From contig JAKMXF010000346.1 in assembly GCA_024704765.1 (NCBI GenBank), forward strand, positions 130,015-194,014: a stretch of DNA of 64,000 nucleotides, in the 5' to 3' direction. Source of the stretch: Oopsacas minuta (taxonomy: Eukaryota > Animalia > Porifera). Positions 12,520 through 25,947 of the stretch are shown here, piece by piece; within the stretch, counting starts at the first letter, position 1; the number at the start of each line of letters is the position of its first letter. The notes under the pieces are model-generated. The model was not told the DNA's origin. It saw only the letters and a list, made by a program, of their open reading frames with translations, and searched no databases. A program made the translations under genes and the position numbers.

Positions 12520-13250
12520 TATATATGCCAGACTGTGAGAAGAATGAGATACACAAACGACTGAGGTATTTTGTCCAAATATTTTAAGGGATCCATAGGA
12601 TGTGATAAAATTGGTATAGTAGTTTACAGGAAAAGATTGAGACCGCTGAACTAATAGACGTGACCTACTTAATTAAGGAGTTATTAAAAATTTTATTTTT
12701 AAGCTACTGTAAATTCCCGTTGTAACGTAGACGGATATCAAGGAACTATCATCTTAACTCGAGGCTCGAATTCATACATCAAAAGCTCTATACTCCATAT
12801 TTCTTGCACATGATTTGCTTGCCACAGATACACATCCCCAAAGAAGGACTGTCACTGGAGAGTTTTATGTCAAAAGTTGTTTATCGGCAGTTGAAAAACA
12901 CTATCGGGGTCGGAGACATAAGTCAGGTACCCAAGATCTGAGATTATTAGACAATGATGCACATTCATACAAGACAAAGCTGGTAAAGTCAGAATTGGAA
13001 CAAATAAATCATCAAGTTAGAACATCCATCCTACTCACTGACCTAGCTCCTTGCGACATTTGACTCTTTTCAAGTAGCATCATCCTGAACAGAATAGACC
13101 TAGAAAACGCCGTTTGGAGATCCCTAAAAGTCATCCCACCCGAAGGTTATAAATGGTATTTCGATTGGTTGGCTATTCTAGAGCGGGTCTTAGAAGATAA
13201 GAGTAATTATTTCGAGAAAATTGAAAATGATATCTTGATATCTGTAAAAT
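12520..13250 (+). mobile_element. Degenerate mariner transposase relic
   Basis: ORF 12815..13063 (VTGEFYVKSCL...LRLLDNDAHSYKT...DLAPCDI) resembles other mariner copies here (e.g. 62403..62870). Ends not resolved. Confidence 0.65.
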
Positions 13251-13327
13251 TACAATATTATAGGTTTGGGTTGAGAACTTTTTCTACAGCTGTTTTATGT
13301 TTGATAATTGCTGTTATATATTTATGC

Positions 13328-15502
13328 CAGGGTAGTTTGATTTAAATCATTGATTTAAATCACTTCAAAAAATCAACATGATGATTTTTGATTTATTTAA
13401 ATTTTGAAACTTCGCTAGTAGTGTCATGTTTTCAGAGAACAATAGACTGATACTTTTGTTTTCAATAGATTGAAGCCATTACTCAATCATACTAACGGCT
13501 ACAATCTATTGAAGTCATTACTATGATGTATTGCATATAAATATGGAATCCCCTGCATGTGAATGCATAATCATTATGACTGGACGAAAGAGTGACTACG
13601 TATGGAAGTATTTTGATCCAAAAAAAGAAGTTGGCAAAGCAGGGTGTCGTGCAACATGCCTGAAGTGTGGGAAGGAGATGCAAGGACTAGTTGCTAGGTT
13701 AAAGCAACATTATAATGTGTGTGCTGAATTTATCGACTGCACTGATGATGAATTGTGCATTTTGAATCCGGAAATCCAAGCTCTTTCCCAGAGGAAACGT
13801 AGTGTTCACAGATATAGGTAAGATTATCACTAGCAAAGAAACAGAAATCCGTCATGTCAAGTATGACAAACTTTGTTGTGCAAACATCAACTGAAAAAGC
13901 TGCCATTGATCTCCAAATAGCATGGTTTGTTTGTGCAACTAACTCACCTTTCACTATTGTTGAACATCCTGAATTTTCAAAGTTAATGGCAATGCTTCGT
14001 CCTGGATACTATCCTCCTAATCGACACAATGTTGGCAATGAACTACTCGACGAGCTATTCAATCACAGTGCAAGGCACAACTTGAAGGAAAAAAATGTAT
14101 CCATGATGTTAGACGGATGGAGTAATATCCATAACGAGCCAGTTGTCTGCGTGTTAGAGACATCAGATGGGGACAGTTATCTTACCGAAACGGTAGATAC
14201 ATCAGGCCATGCATACACTGCTGAATATCTACAAGAAGTGGCCACGTCTGCTATTATATCGACTGAACAGAGATACAGTTGTAATGTAGGTACCTTTGTC
14301 GCGGACAACGCATCAAACATGGTCAAAATGCGGCGACAATTGAGATCTGATAGTGTTACTACCGATACAAACATCATATCCTATGGTTGTTCTGCTCACT
14401 ATCTTAATCTATTGGCCAAAGATATTGATACTGGGCGTGAAGGAACACATTGTTCAGATCGTGAAATATTTTTGGTACACCCATCTCCCAGCTGCATGGT
14501 ATAAATTTGCTGGCGGAAAGAAACTAGTACTACCACAAGATGTTCGCTAGAACACTATCGCGGATTCTCCGCAATGCACTTTGGAAAACTGAACAATGAT
14601 CCTCAAAGTGTGCGAGGAACACCGCGACACTATTAACGGTATGATCGCCATGAAAGCGCAAAATATTAACATCAAGAGAAATGCTGAGGACTATCTAAAA
14701 CGGATGACGCCAATCGCTGTCGCTCTTGATAAAGTGCAGAGTGACAGTTGCAAACTGAGTGATGCTGTTGGAGTTTGGAAAGCACTGAAGAGAGATATGG
14801 ATTCATTAATGCCCTCGGTTGTCACTCATAAAGTTCAGAACCGCTACAAACAAGCGCTAAGCGCTCCCCATTACTTAGCTAACTTAATGGATCCAAGATA
14901 CAGGGGTATAACTTTGTCAAAAGACGAGGTTGATGCAGGACTGAATTATGCAGCTTGGATTATACATCATGTTTCCCTACTGTAATCAACTTCAGGGCTG
15001 AAGCTGGTCCATTCAAGCCATTCATGTTTACAGAACAAGTTTTAAAAGCTATCTCTCTCCTTACATGGTGGGAGTCTCAGAAAAGCGCCCTGGAAAGCGA
15101 TGTTATAGTACTTTGTCGCAAGATACTTGGAGGAGTAGCATCAAGTGCTGGAGTAGAGCGAATTTTTCAACCTTAGGTTTTGTTCACTCCAAAGTGAGGA
15201 ACAGGTTGGGAACAATTAAAGCTGGGAAGCTTGTATTTTTATACAAGCTCCTTAATACCCATAAATTATCTATTTGACAAGTTAATTTTTCGATAATTAA
15301 ATATTATCAATCAATTAAAAGTTATATTCTTACTGTTACATTAAAGAGTATTGTAGTTAGCAGTATGTATGTTTCATTAAATCCAGCATTCAAATAAAAT
15401 TAAAAGTGTCTAAATTAAAATCTGATTTAAATCAAAAATTTGATTTAAATCAAGAATCACTATTTTGATTTATTTATAAAATAATGATTTTTTCCAACCC
15501 TG
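13328..15502 (+). mobile_element. hAT transposon (BED finger, DUF659-type core), defective
   Basis: CAGGG...CCCTG termini with perfect 8-bp TSD ATTTATGC (13320..13327 and 15503..15510). Fragments: VWKYF...CLKC...LKQH, MMLDGWSNI, FVADNASNM, CSAHYLNLL, ASSAGVERIF. Confidence 0.9.
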
Positions 15503-16426
15503 ATTTATGCCTAACATTTATCCTGGCAAAACGCATAGATTTCATTATAAAATAATCACTTAGTTTACTTCTCATTTTGGCCACTCATCCTTGCTCCATT
15601 TTTTCTGAATCTGTGCCATGGCCCATTGCCTCCACAATATGCGGCTAAATATGTTCTGAGAAGACTGTAACGAGTAGTCTGACTGAAATGTATTATTACC
15701 ACATATTTCGATAAACTTGTATGATAGAGCTTAAGTATATATTAGTGACATATAGGAATATCTTATCAAAATGTGAATTTCAATTGCCTAAAATATTGAT
15801 TTTTCACTCTATTGTGGATCCATACCCACCTAATGTACAAGATTTGGAATTTCCGATCATTTAGTGTCTTCTGCGAATCAATGTTGATAATTATCGCTAG
15901 TACATGGAATTCTACCCAAATTTTGTCTATAGTTTTGTACATGTACCCAGCTTATCCGAATTTCCTAAAATCAAGAGAAATTTCTTCATTGATTTACAAA
16001 TTTTCACTTTTGGTGTCCATGCGATATCGTATCCTGTCCGGGGATGGCCAGGGATGTTGATCACAATGGTTGGCAAGTGTGTATTTCACGATAAATCATA
16101 TCCTTCAAACCCAGACTTCTGGCAGCCTAACTGTAAATATTCAAGAGATCTTAATTTTCCAATTTGCCATTCGTGACAATTCTCAGGAACCTAGCCCCCG
16201 CAAGCGGCGAGGGCGGCCTGCACTTAATATACGTCCATAACATACTATTTGTAGTATGTATAATACAGAATTATTATTTCCTGTTATAGCATCATTATAT
16301 TTCTAAATGCTGCTCAATCCAAATTTTATCCGCTTGAAATAGGCCAAATATTTGTTCTATAAGTCGCCCAGTCTTCACATTCTCGAGCTATTATTTATAT
16401 CTAACATTCTATAGCGTTCCTTTTTC

Positions 16427-16651
16427 ATGACAAATAATTATTCAAATATACCTACAGCAGATAAATTGTTTGCATCTAGAGATAATCAAGACTCATTCTC
16501 TATTTCTAATCAAGTTAGAAAGATTAAAAAAGAGACTATGATTAAAGGGAAAAGATTCATCAAAGATGGAGAGAAGAGATTACCTGCAGATATGATGGCA
16601 GATGATGAGAAAATTCAAGCGAGGATTCATAAGCAATTTGAAAAACAAAGG
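16427..16651 (+). CDS. EIF2B4: Translation initiation factor eIF2B subunit delta, first identified coding exon
   Basis: Ends KRLPADMMADDEKIQARIHKQFEKQR followed by a GTTAGT donor at 16652. This matches the eIF2B-delta segment (human [25 protein letters not shown]) that directly precedes VPxRK, and it joins exon 44033 in phase 0. An acceptor at 16413..16414 suggests a further upstream exon. Confidence 0.75.
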
Positions 16652-18399
16652 GTTAGTTTTATCTCACACATATTGTCTCCTAATTATTTGTCTACAATAT
16701 ATGGGCTGGGGACAGAAAATGATTGTCAATGAATTCCAGATTTGTCCGAAAGGTGGATTTCTTTTCCATCTTGGCACCATGTGCTACCATTTACTTTTTT
16801 AAGCTATGCAATCTAACGCTTGTCAAGATATAATGTAAAGTTGTCGTCCAGGCGAGCCCGCTATCCGTGTCACCTATTGCACACCAAATGGTACTTTTTT
16901 AATATTTTTGATGTGCAACACGTTTATATTGGTTTAAGTGCACCCTGAACAAATTTATGCAATCCCTCAAGTATATTAACAGTTAGAGCCATTGAAAAAT
17001 TTCGTCATCCATACATATATAATAGGCTCGGGATCCGAGTTTCATTGGTAGACTTGTCCACATTCTCAGTCATTGGATAATTGTTGTAGAAGCCTGAAAT
17101 TCGTAGATTTACCAAATCAATTTGTGTATTTATCTACCTGTTGTATTTTTGTTTTTTTGGCTCATGGGCCGAACTATTCGAGCCTTTAGGGAGAGGCAAT
17201 TCGGCACCTTCGTGAATATACCGAATCTGTCCAAATGTCCCTTAGAGGGACTCAAATATTTTGGCCCATGAGTCAAGTACATATATCCATACTTGATTTA
17301 TTATATCTACCTCCATTGCCAATTCCATGCTTCTACCTCAAACATCATGGAGGCCACTGTCATCAAATTTCCCACCTGGCATTCAGATTAGTGCTATTAA
17401 AATGTATGAGTGACTTCATTTTGGATAGCTATAACTCCCAAGAAACTTCTACGTTGGCAAATTTCTTCAGGTGTACTTATAACATCATATAGATGTGTTC
17501 CACTCCAAAGAATCCAGATTGGGGGACGTGAGATTCTAACGTCCCGTCGCCTTATAGCTTGCGCGAACTCTCTAATGGGCGGAACTTTGCTATACTTTAT
17601 CTCTAAAGCTATCAGTCAGATCGTTTATGTCCAAAATAGGAAAAGGGTATCTCTCTTTGATGATCTTGCCAAAAGCACCTTTCGGAAAACCTAGAATAGC
17701 GATCATTTACCATCTGGACAGGATAACTTTCTTGCCAGTACCTGACCGATGCAGCACTTCTAACACCACCAAACCATTAAATTTATTTGCGCGCTAGTAG
17801 TATTTTGTTAGTATGTATTTTCAATTACCATTTAGTAAGTTTCAACCTACTAATGGTACCAAATTTTCATATCGTACGGGAGTATTTGCATATCCAACCC
17901 CTAACCAATTCATTCAATTATTGTCCAGAAGTATAATTCAAGCGGTAACACTATTATTGAGATGTATGCAACAAGGTTGTGGCCTATTGAAAACTTCATG
18001 GTGATTTTTGAGTTATAACATTTGACAGTATATTGTTTTCATGACAATCTACTAGTTTTTTAGGTAATGAAATCAAAACATAAATCATTAATGTTTAGCC
18101 TACAGACTGGTAGTGTAGCTCAGGGTTAATTGTTTTTGTTCTTTTAGAATGTGGGGGGTGGGGGCACATGCTTCCTGACCACTCGTGTAGATTCTGAATT
18201 ACACCAGACCCCGACAGATTATGGGCTCCTGGATCTTCGAAAATATTTCAAGAAGTTCAATATAATTTGTCATTGTATTGTATTTTACTACATATTTATC
18301 CTCAAATCTTATGGTTAAGATTCCGAATTATTTTCCTGCAATTACCTTCTGTCTAACTTTTGAAACAAAATCTAGTTGTATCTGTATATTTTGATAGAA

Positions 18400-18860
18400 T
18401 TTATTGCAGAACTTTGATCAAAACTTCATATGTCGAACTTTGATCGAATGATGAAAAAGGCAAATTTTGATCAAAGTTCTACTAAAATGTCTCCAGTCGA
18501 ACTTTGATCGAAAAATTGTAGAATTTTGATCGAAAATGGAGAAAATCCAACAAAACTCCATCCAATCATAAAATTAGCATAAATTTCACACTAACTTTGT
18601 ATTTTATTAGTTAGAAAGAGCACCATTGGGAGGGGATTAGGGTTTTATTTCGCTACCTTATGGCTCTGGGAGTATTTATTTGCGTTCGTTATTAGCTCCT
18701 AAAGCACGGGAGTGTGAATTTATGCTAATTTTATGATTGGATGGAGTTTTTTGGATTGATTTTTATTGATCTTTGCAAAATGGCGTATCGTTGGAGTTTT
18801 TGTTGGATTTTCTCCATTTCGATCAATATTCTTCAATTCTTCCATCAAAGTTCTACTGAA
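18400..18860. repeat. Foldback/MITE-like inverted-repeat element
   Basis: atcgaaaatggagaaaatccaacaaaactccatccaatcataaaattagcataaatttcacac (about 18528..18591) is inverted at about 18712..18757 and 18791..18823. Multiple gaactttgatc subterminal repeats. Confidence 0.65.
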
Positions 18861-21145
18861 ATTCGATTAATATATACTGATTCTCTAGCTTAATATTAAA
18901 TATGCGCAAGAAGGGAGAAAATATTATTAATTTTATAATTCATCACTGATTGAAGTATATGAATTTGTAAAGATTGGTATCTACATTCTCGATTATCCCG
19001 GACTAGCAATTGTAATCAAATCTCTAACATCATTCTGTAATATTTCCAAAGGTGTGTAAAGAGGATTAATTATATTATTTATTATATATTTTAACTTTTT
19101 GAATTCCAATTAATAATACTGATTTTTACATCAGTTATAGCGTGAATTTCTGGAAAATCAATTACTAATTCATTTTTAATTGTGTTATAAGATCAATGTA
19201 CAAATCATCTTTTGATATTGATTTTCATTTAATTTGTAATTCAGTTTGAAATCATGAACAGCTTTGCTTACTGTGCTGAGCGCTTGCGAGCATTTTGTGT
19301 CATGGGATTCGGCACTTCGTGCCTCGAATTTAACAAAGTATAAAATTGCATAATTTTTTTAATAATTTGTATTTTAACAAATTGTTTGCTTCCCCTTCTC
19401 CCATAAGATATACGATTGTTATTATTCAGATTATCCATTTTGTAAATAGTTACAAAGTTAAGTATTTATATCATAATTATCGATAACGATCAAAGCTTTG
19501 ATGTAGCGGGTAATTTTGTGATTAATATTTTAAGTTAATCAAAATTTGAATATCATTTTCACTTCCATGTAGACTTGGAATGTATCATAGAGGTTCATTC
19601 ACTCATTAAGTAAGTTATTCTGTGAGTAATCAATTGGTTTAATATTATTTTCGGGTTAATTTTGTTTTGATGCGCCATTCCGTTCTAATTAACATATCAG
19701 AAAACCTTCGGTCTCTTTCGCTTCGTGACAAAAATATCTGATAAAAGAAAATATAAGAATTGTACAAAAATCCCCCAATGTTGCCTCATCTCTATCAATT
19801 TTTTGCATCCTTACTCCTTTAGGTAGTCAAGTTTAGAGAATGATATTTTTAATATTCATTATTTATAATACACTCCAAATATAAACACAAGTAAGTTTTA
19901 GTTGTTTTAAGAATATCACAAATTTGTTCCACCTGTAACGTAAGTGTGCTAACTGTTGTTCTAGATTATCTATTTGTTATTAATGTTCCATTTGTCTAAT
20001 TATTATTATGTAGCTATTTGACTCTTTTTGGTAATTTCTATTCTACATCTAAATCCATAGAAAAAGCTATGTCATGGGGGTATCATTAGAGGATTAAGGT
20101 GTACTGAATAGATTATGTCAGCATAAGTGAGATTGAATTTGAATTGGCACATGAGTCTGTTCCCCAAACGACACAAGAGGTTGGGATATGTGAAGTGGTA
20201 TTTGTGTAATTTCATAATTAGTAATCGTAACACATAATTTGTTGAGTGCTATACAGGTTCGATCTAACATACTATTATTATTTAGTATGAATAGAAACTT
20301 AGAGCAGCTCGCAGATTTGACAGATTGAAAACGTTCATTGCCGAATTAGGGAGGCGCAAGGATTTATTCAGAACTCTTTATCAGCAGCGCAGCTCTTATC
20401 GCGAGAATATCTGATTCTCAAGTTGAGTGTGAGTGTGTGTGTTCTAAGTTTGTGATATAATATACACAATTTTTGTCTTTCAAAAATCGATCACACTCCA
20501 TAGGAGTGTCTCATAAGTGATGCACTAAGTTGGGTAACTTATGTCAATTTCCACAATCAGCAGCTTAACAATCAGTTACAAAATATATCCACTCCCGCGA
20601 TACCACCTTGCATGTTTACTTCAACATTTGTGCCTACTTATGTAGTACCGAGACGGTATCTATGCGTTCATATAATTGTTGTTTATTATGAATGCTTGAT
20701 CGCCTCATAACGTTAGAGTGATGTTGAGGAGAATAAAAAATTACTTTATCAAATTGTACATTGGTATATAAAATTGTTTTGGTACCAAAGATAAATGATG
20801 TAGTGCACGCACAGTGGCTCCATAGCCTGAAATAGCATGAGAATTTCATGTTGCTATATTCATTGGAAAATATTACTATTGCAATCAGAATATTTGAAAT
20901 CTATTCAGGTCAAATTTGAGCTTGTATACTTTCGATTTCGTATTCTGGCATACTGATATGTAAAGAGACGTCATTTTTTTGGAAAATTTTGTGGTTACTT
21001 CAGATAATATGTCAATTTCTACCGCAGTATATTGCATTCCATTTCTCTTAACAATTGTATCTATTATTACTACACGGATAGTCTTAACTTAAATATACGC
21101 AAATAACTACACACTCTAAATTTAAAAGCATATAATTCCATTTTA

Positions 21146-24100
21146 AAGTGTAAAATGTGATCGAAAACTTTAGGCCCCTTTAAAAATGACAGAAAAACTC
21201 ATCGTGAGTACTATGTGGGCAGAAAATCTGAGCACTTTAATTCATTCATATTTGATTAGTCCTCAAAATACAACCATTTCCAGACTTCCCGAAATCCCCC
21301 CGAAAATGCTGGTTATTTTAATCTAAAGCGGATACCTAAATTTTTAGTTTTGAATATTTTGTTGTATTGAGCGATATCAGATACGAGCCTTTGGCTCGCC
21401 GCTTCGCGATGTACTCGGCGCATTGCGCCTCGAGGTATTCAACGGACAAACAAACAGATAAAAACAATTGAGGCCTAATGATATTGATCTTGTTTACAAT
21501 ATTCAGACTTCGCATACTCGATTACCCCAGTATTGTCGTTGAAAGCATGATTATACCTCAATTTTGAACTTTGTTTACTTTATGTACCTCAAAGTGAACA
21601 AATATTCATGACATGTTATTTACAATACCATATTCGGACTCAGGATACTCGATTACCCCAGGATAGTCGTTGAACTATGATTCTACAACAATATTGAAAT
21701 TGTTTACTTTATATTCATAAGAACAACAATAAATTTGCATGTCATTAATCCAAAAGTATGAAATCGGATTCCGCATGTTCGATATATTTAGTGAAGTTTT
21801 ATTGAATTCGTATTACTATCTTGATAACAAGATAAATACATAGTTGTGCTACAATTTCAAAATTCCATACCATAACCTGGGGCTGCTTTGGCTGACTGGG
21901 TTTGCTTTAGCCCAAATACCAAAGCTCCAAAGAAACTAGATTGGATTCAGCATTGTACTTGAAAATGACTTGCCAATTTTTAACGAATTTTCAAATATCA
22001 GTAGACAATTTCCAAAGCAAATACAATATCTATTCAATAAGAAATTTCAATATTTGGGCTGAAGCAAACTCAGTGGGCCAAAGTAACCCCAGTTTACGGT
22101 ACCTAAATCCTTTCCTTGACAACGTACAAACAAACAAACAAACAGACAAACAACAATTGAGATTCAATCATATAGATTTATAATGAATAACAGAAGGCGT
22201 TTGATTTCTTAAACTCTCACTCGTTTGTTATCGTAGCAACAGATGCTTTCTTAGAAACTATCAAATCCCTGAAGCCAAGATCGATTCTATTCCTCCTATG
22301 TTCTCCCAACTTATTTCTGACCGCAATGTCTACGGCAAACGAAGTGATCTACTCACTTGGCAAGGTCTTCTTTTTCACTCTACACATTTGCCAGTCCTCT
22401 GAAATAATGTCTTAGTGACACAAGCATAGTGTTTCATTGTGAACTCATCCAAGAAGGTAGAAAACCATTGTTTGAATTTACAAACAAGTGTCTCGGACAC
22501 ACACTAAGACCAATTTCGGATTTAATTTCATCTGTAGCTCAGGACTAGGATGTTGATCTTATTTAAATAGCAACTTATGTCCTAAAGCTATATGGTGATG
22601 AAAGCTAGAACCATGAAATGATTAACTCTTGTCAGCAATTTATCGAGCATAGGACATTCGGAAGTGCTGTTAAAAGGTTACCTTTAAACAATTCATTGTT
22701 TTTGATAGATTTCTTGGAAATCGGGAAACGTTAGTCACAAAAATGCGAAGTTTGTGTTAGCCAGAAAGCATAGTCTTCCCTCCATATAACATAATTTCTG
22801 ACTAGCGTGCTAGAAATATGCTAATCCATCCAATATTAATGAAATTCAGAATTCGGATGGCGTCAATATTGGTTTCGGAATTTCGTATATATATCCATCT
22901 TGAAACAAACTGGTTTAAGTACTTCTAGTTATTGGAAATTGTTCCAGAACTATCTGAGAATTAATATCTCTTAAATTTAATTTAAAGATGTCTGATGGCT
23001 TAGATGGCTTAGGGTGTCATAAAATCTATCATCAGTTTAATGGAATACTGTAGTTCTACACCAAAAATTTAATTCTTTTGGATTCAAGGTATTTCACAAA
23101 TTGACTCATCTGGTACTATTGTATGATCAAATGACATCCCAAATTCACCATTTTGTGTACGACCATTGCATTATTGGTTCAAAAGGAAAATCCGCGAGAA
23201 CTTCAATTTTATTTGGACACCATTGCTAACTCCGAAGTTGATTCAATTGCATAAGAGGGTATTCTAATTCCCAAAGGACTTGCAAATGTGACCTTTCACC
23301 CCACCATAATAGATGATAAGATTTCAGGGATTTAAGTGGAGCAGATGGCGCTCATTGCCAACTATGTACTACCAATATATCTGAATTAGAAGAATTAGAA
23401 ATCGTAAGGTCAGGATTTCCAATCAACTGGAGCATTACTACTGCTAAAGAAATATTTTCTATAGTTGATGCAGGGGAATATTTCTTGCTCCCTTTTATAC
23501 AACATCATGGCTTGACCCATCCACGACTATTAAGCATAGACATAATTCCTGCATCTCCTCTACATATATACATTTGCGTCTTCAATTGGTACGCGAATTT
23601 AATATATCAACTACGTTCAAGCACTTATAAATGGTCACCTTCCTCCAGAGTTATAGTTGATTTTATCAAATTTGCTAGCGAGCTTTTATATGAAAGACTG
23701 GTGTGAAAATGAATCAACCAAGCACTGACGGAGTGACACCTTCCACAGGGAATGTTGCTAGATCTTGTTTCCTCAATAAGAAATACTTTATCTATTGGAT
23801 GTGTATCATGATTCCACCAGATCTGAGTGGACCAATACGTACCTTACAAGCCAAACTTTCTGTATTGTTACCCGTCTTTAACTCTAATCAAGCAATTGAC
23901 ACGGACAAATTGGATTCGCTTTGCAAAGACACCTATGAATCAATACTCATCGATTTTCCATGGGCAAGTGTAACTCCATCACCTCACAGACTACGAGCTT
24001 ATTCTCTAGAATTAATTGAAGATTGTAATAATGATTTCGGACTGAAGGACTTTTCTGAGGAAGCAGTCGAGGCATGCAATAAATTGATTTGAAACTACCG

Positions 24101-24319
24101 TCAATATCTTGCCAGAAAGATGGCATTTACATCAAACGCAAAGGATGCGCTAGTCCGTTTGCTTAGTCAAAGTGACCATGTTCAAGCGAGTTACCGACAG
24201 CGAACTGAGTGCTGAATATGTGGAGAATTTGGTCATGCATGTCGCTTGAGATATATTCTGCGGCAGCTAGTACCCAAGAACAAGATGCATTATTCCAATC
24301 ACTTGTCATTGATAATTGA
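21146..24319 (+). pseudogene. RAG1-like/Transib transposase pseudogene
   Basis: Fragments in order: GRKPLFEFTNKCLGHTLRPI (22456), DGLDGLG (D at 23003), PNSPFCVRPL (23139), IIDDK (23309), HCQLC (23356..23367), SPLH, TGNVARSCF, TPSPHRL, FSEEAVEACNKLI*NYRQYLARK (24051), C*ICGEFGHAC (24210). Many stops and frameshifts. Confidence 0.8.
21384..22176 (-). mobile_element. Non-autonomous Helitron (possibly two abutting copies) nested in the Transib-like element
   Basis: Minus strand starts A|TCTATATG with a (TTTG)n/(TCTG) tract and ends in the GC hairpin CGAGCCAAAGGCTCG|T. Same family as 48505..48895. Confidence 0.65.
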
Positions 24320-24656
24320 ATTCTAACTCATAATATTTAGTGGGAAGACAAAAGTATAAGCAAGCTTGAATATCTATCAATTAGACTTACAGGGCGGTTA
24401 ATTAAATATCATTGCTAAATTGATGGATTAAGTTTTTTGGAGAATACAAAGAATTTCAAAATTTCACATCACATGGGTGATCATATTAAAGTTCATGGGT
24501 TACTAAAAATATAAATAATCAACCATAATAATAAATTTTTTGTCAAACTTTAGAATACCTGAAAATACACATAATGCGAAATCCTACATAAATTCTGATA
24601 GTTGCAATCAACTCGCGATCACTGATTTCCTATATATCAATAGTACATTTCAAATA

Positions 24657-25947
24657 CAAGGGCTGTTCAATCTGTAATGAGACTAATGTATCGAATTCAT
24701 ATTCTAGTTAATACAGCTCTAAGCCTAATATCAGATTGCAAGCCTAACTTGATTGTCTAACTTCGTTACAATATACTCTTTACTCTACTAGCGTATTCTT
24801 CAGTATAAAGTTTCATTTGTATACTACATTTTCAGCTAATGGATTTAGCAAAGATTGAAATCGACAAATAATTTCGTACCTGTGGAAAAAGGGGAATACT
24901 GGCTCAAACATTCTTCGTGAAATGCAGGATATTTTCGGTGATGAATGTCCTTCAAAAGCCACCATATTATATATGGATCGAACGTTTTGATAATGGCGAT
25001 GAGGAACTCCACGATGACCCTCGTCCAGGTCGTCCGACTTCCTCAAAAACCCGCAGGAATATCGAGAAGGTCCAAACAATTTTAGACGAGGACAGACAGA
25101 CGAATAACCCTGCGAGGGTTGGAAGGGAGGGTAGGTATATCAAAAGCCACACTACACTCGATTATCACTGAGGATCTGGAAATCTCGAAGGTAACTGCGC
25201 GTTGGGTCCCAAAACTTCTTTCAAAAGAACAAAAACGCGGAAGGATCAGAGTTAGCGAAGGATTACTTTCAAGATACAAGGCAGAGGAAGACCTTTTGGA
25301 TCTTATAGTAACGGAGGGGATGAAACTTGGTTTCATTATTATGAACCAGAGAGCAAAACTCAATTGAGGCAGTGGAAGAGACGTGATGAACCTGTACTCA
25401 TCAAGGTAAAGGCCGCAGAATCAGCAGGGAAAAGAATGCCAACAGTATTTTGAGATAGGGAAGGAATCATACTCCTCGACTGGTTGCCTGAGAAGACAAC
25501 CTTAAACAGTGATTATTACATTGACGAATAAACTTGAGAGGCGAGGCAAGTTGACATGTGGCGTATTGCTGCAACTTGACAACGTAAGGCCCGATGTAAG
25601 CTCCAAGACAATGGCTGCAATTGACGACTTAGGGTTTGAATGCCTCCCTCATCCCCGCATAGTCCAGACCTGACTCTCAGGGACTACTGGATGTTTGGAT
25701 AGCTGAAGAGACCTCTTCGAGGAAAGAGATTTGAGGATTTTAAACGGCTGGAGTATGAATAAAACAGTGGGAAAAAGGGATCCCTAAAGAATTATATACC
25801 ACTGGGCTGGAAAAGTTACCAAAACGATGGGAACGATGTATAAAGTCAAAGGGGGACTTTATCGAAACATTGGATAATCAATTATGATAAGTATGGGTTT
25901 ACTATATGAATTATGAAAAAGTCTCATTATTTATTGAACAACCCTTC
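24657..25947 (+). mobile_element. Mariner element, defective, nested in the Transib-like element
   Basis: TIRs CAAGGGCTGTTCAAT...AATGAGACT / GAAGGGTTGTTCAATAAATAATGAGACT, with TA TSDs. DDPRPGRP, WVPKLL, DETW and HPPHSPDL-type fragments. Confidence 0.88.

Noticed and set aside
17150-17770. Higher-GC stretch with SGTGK- and RSFLG-like words (P-loop or Gypsy RT relic)
   Set aside because: The motifs are incomplete, fall in different contexts and lack supporting neighbours; cannot be classified by eye.
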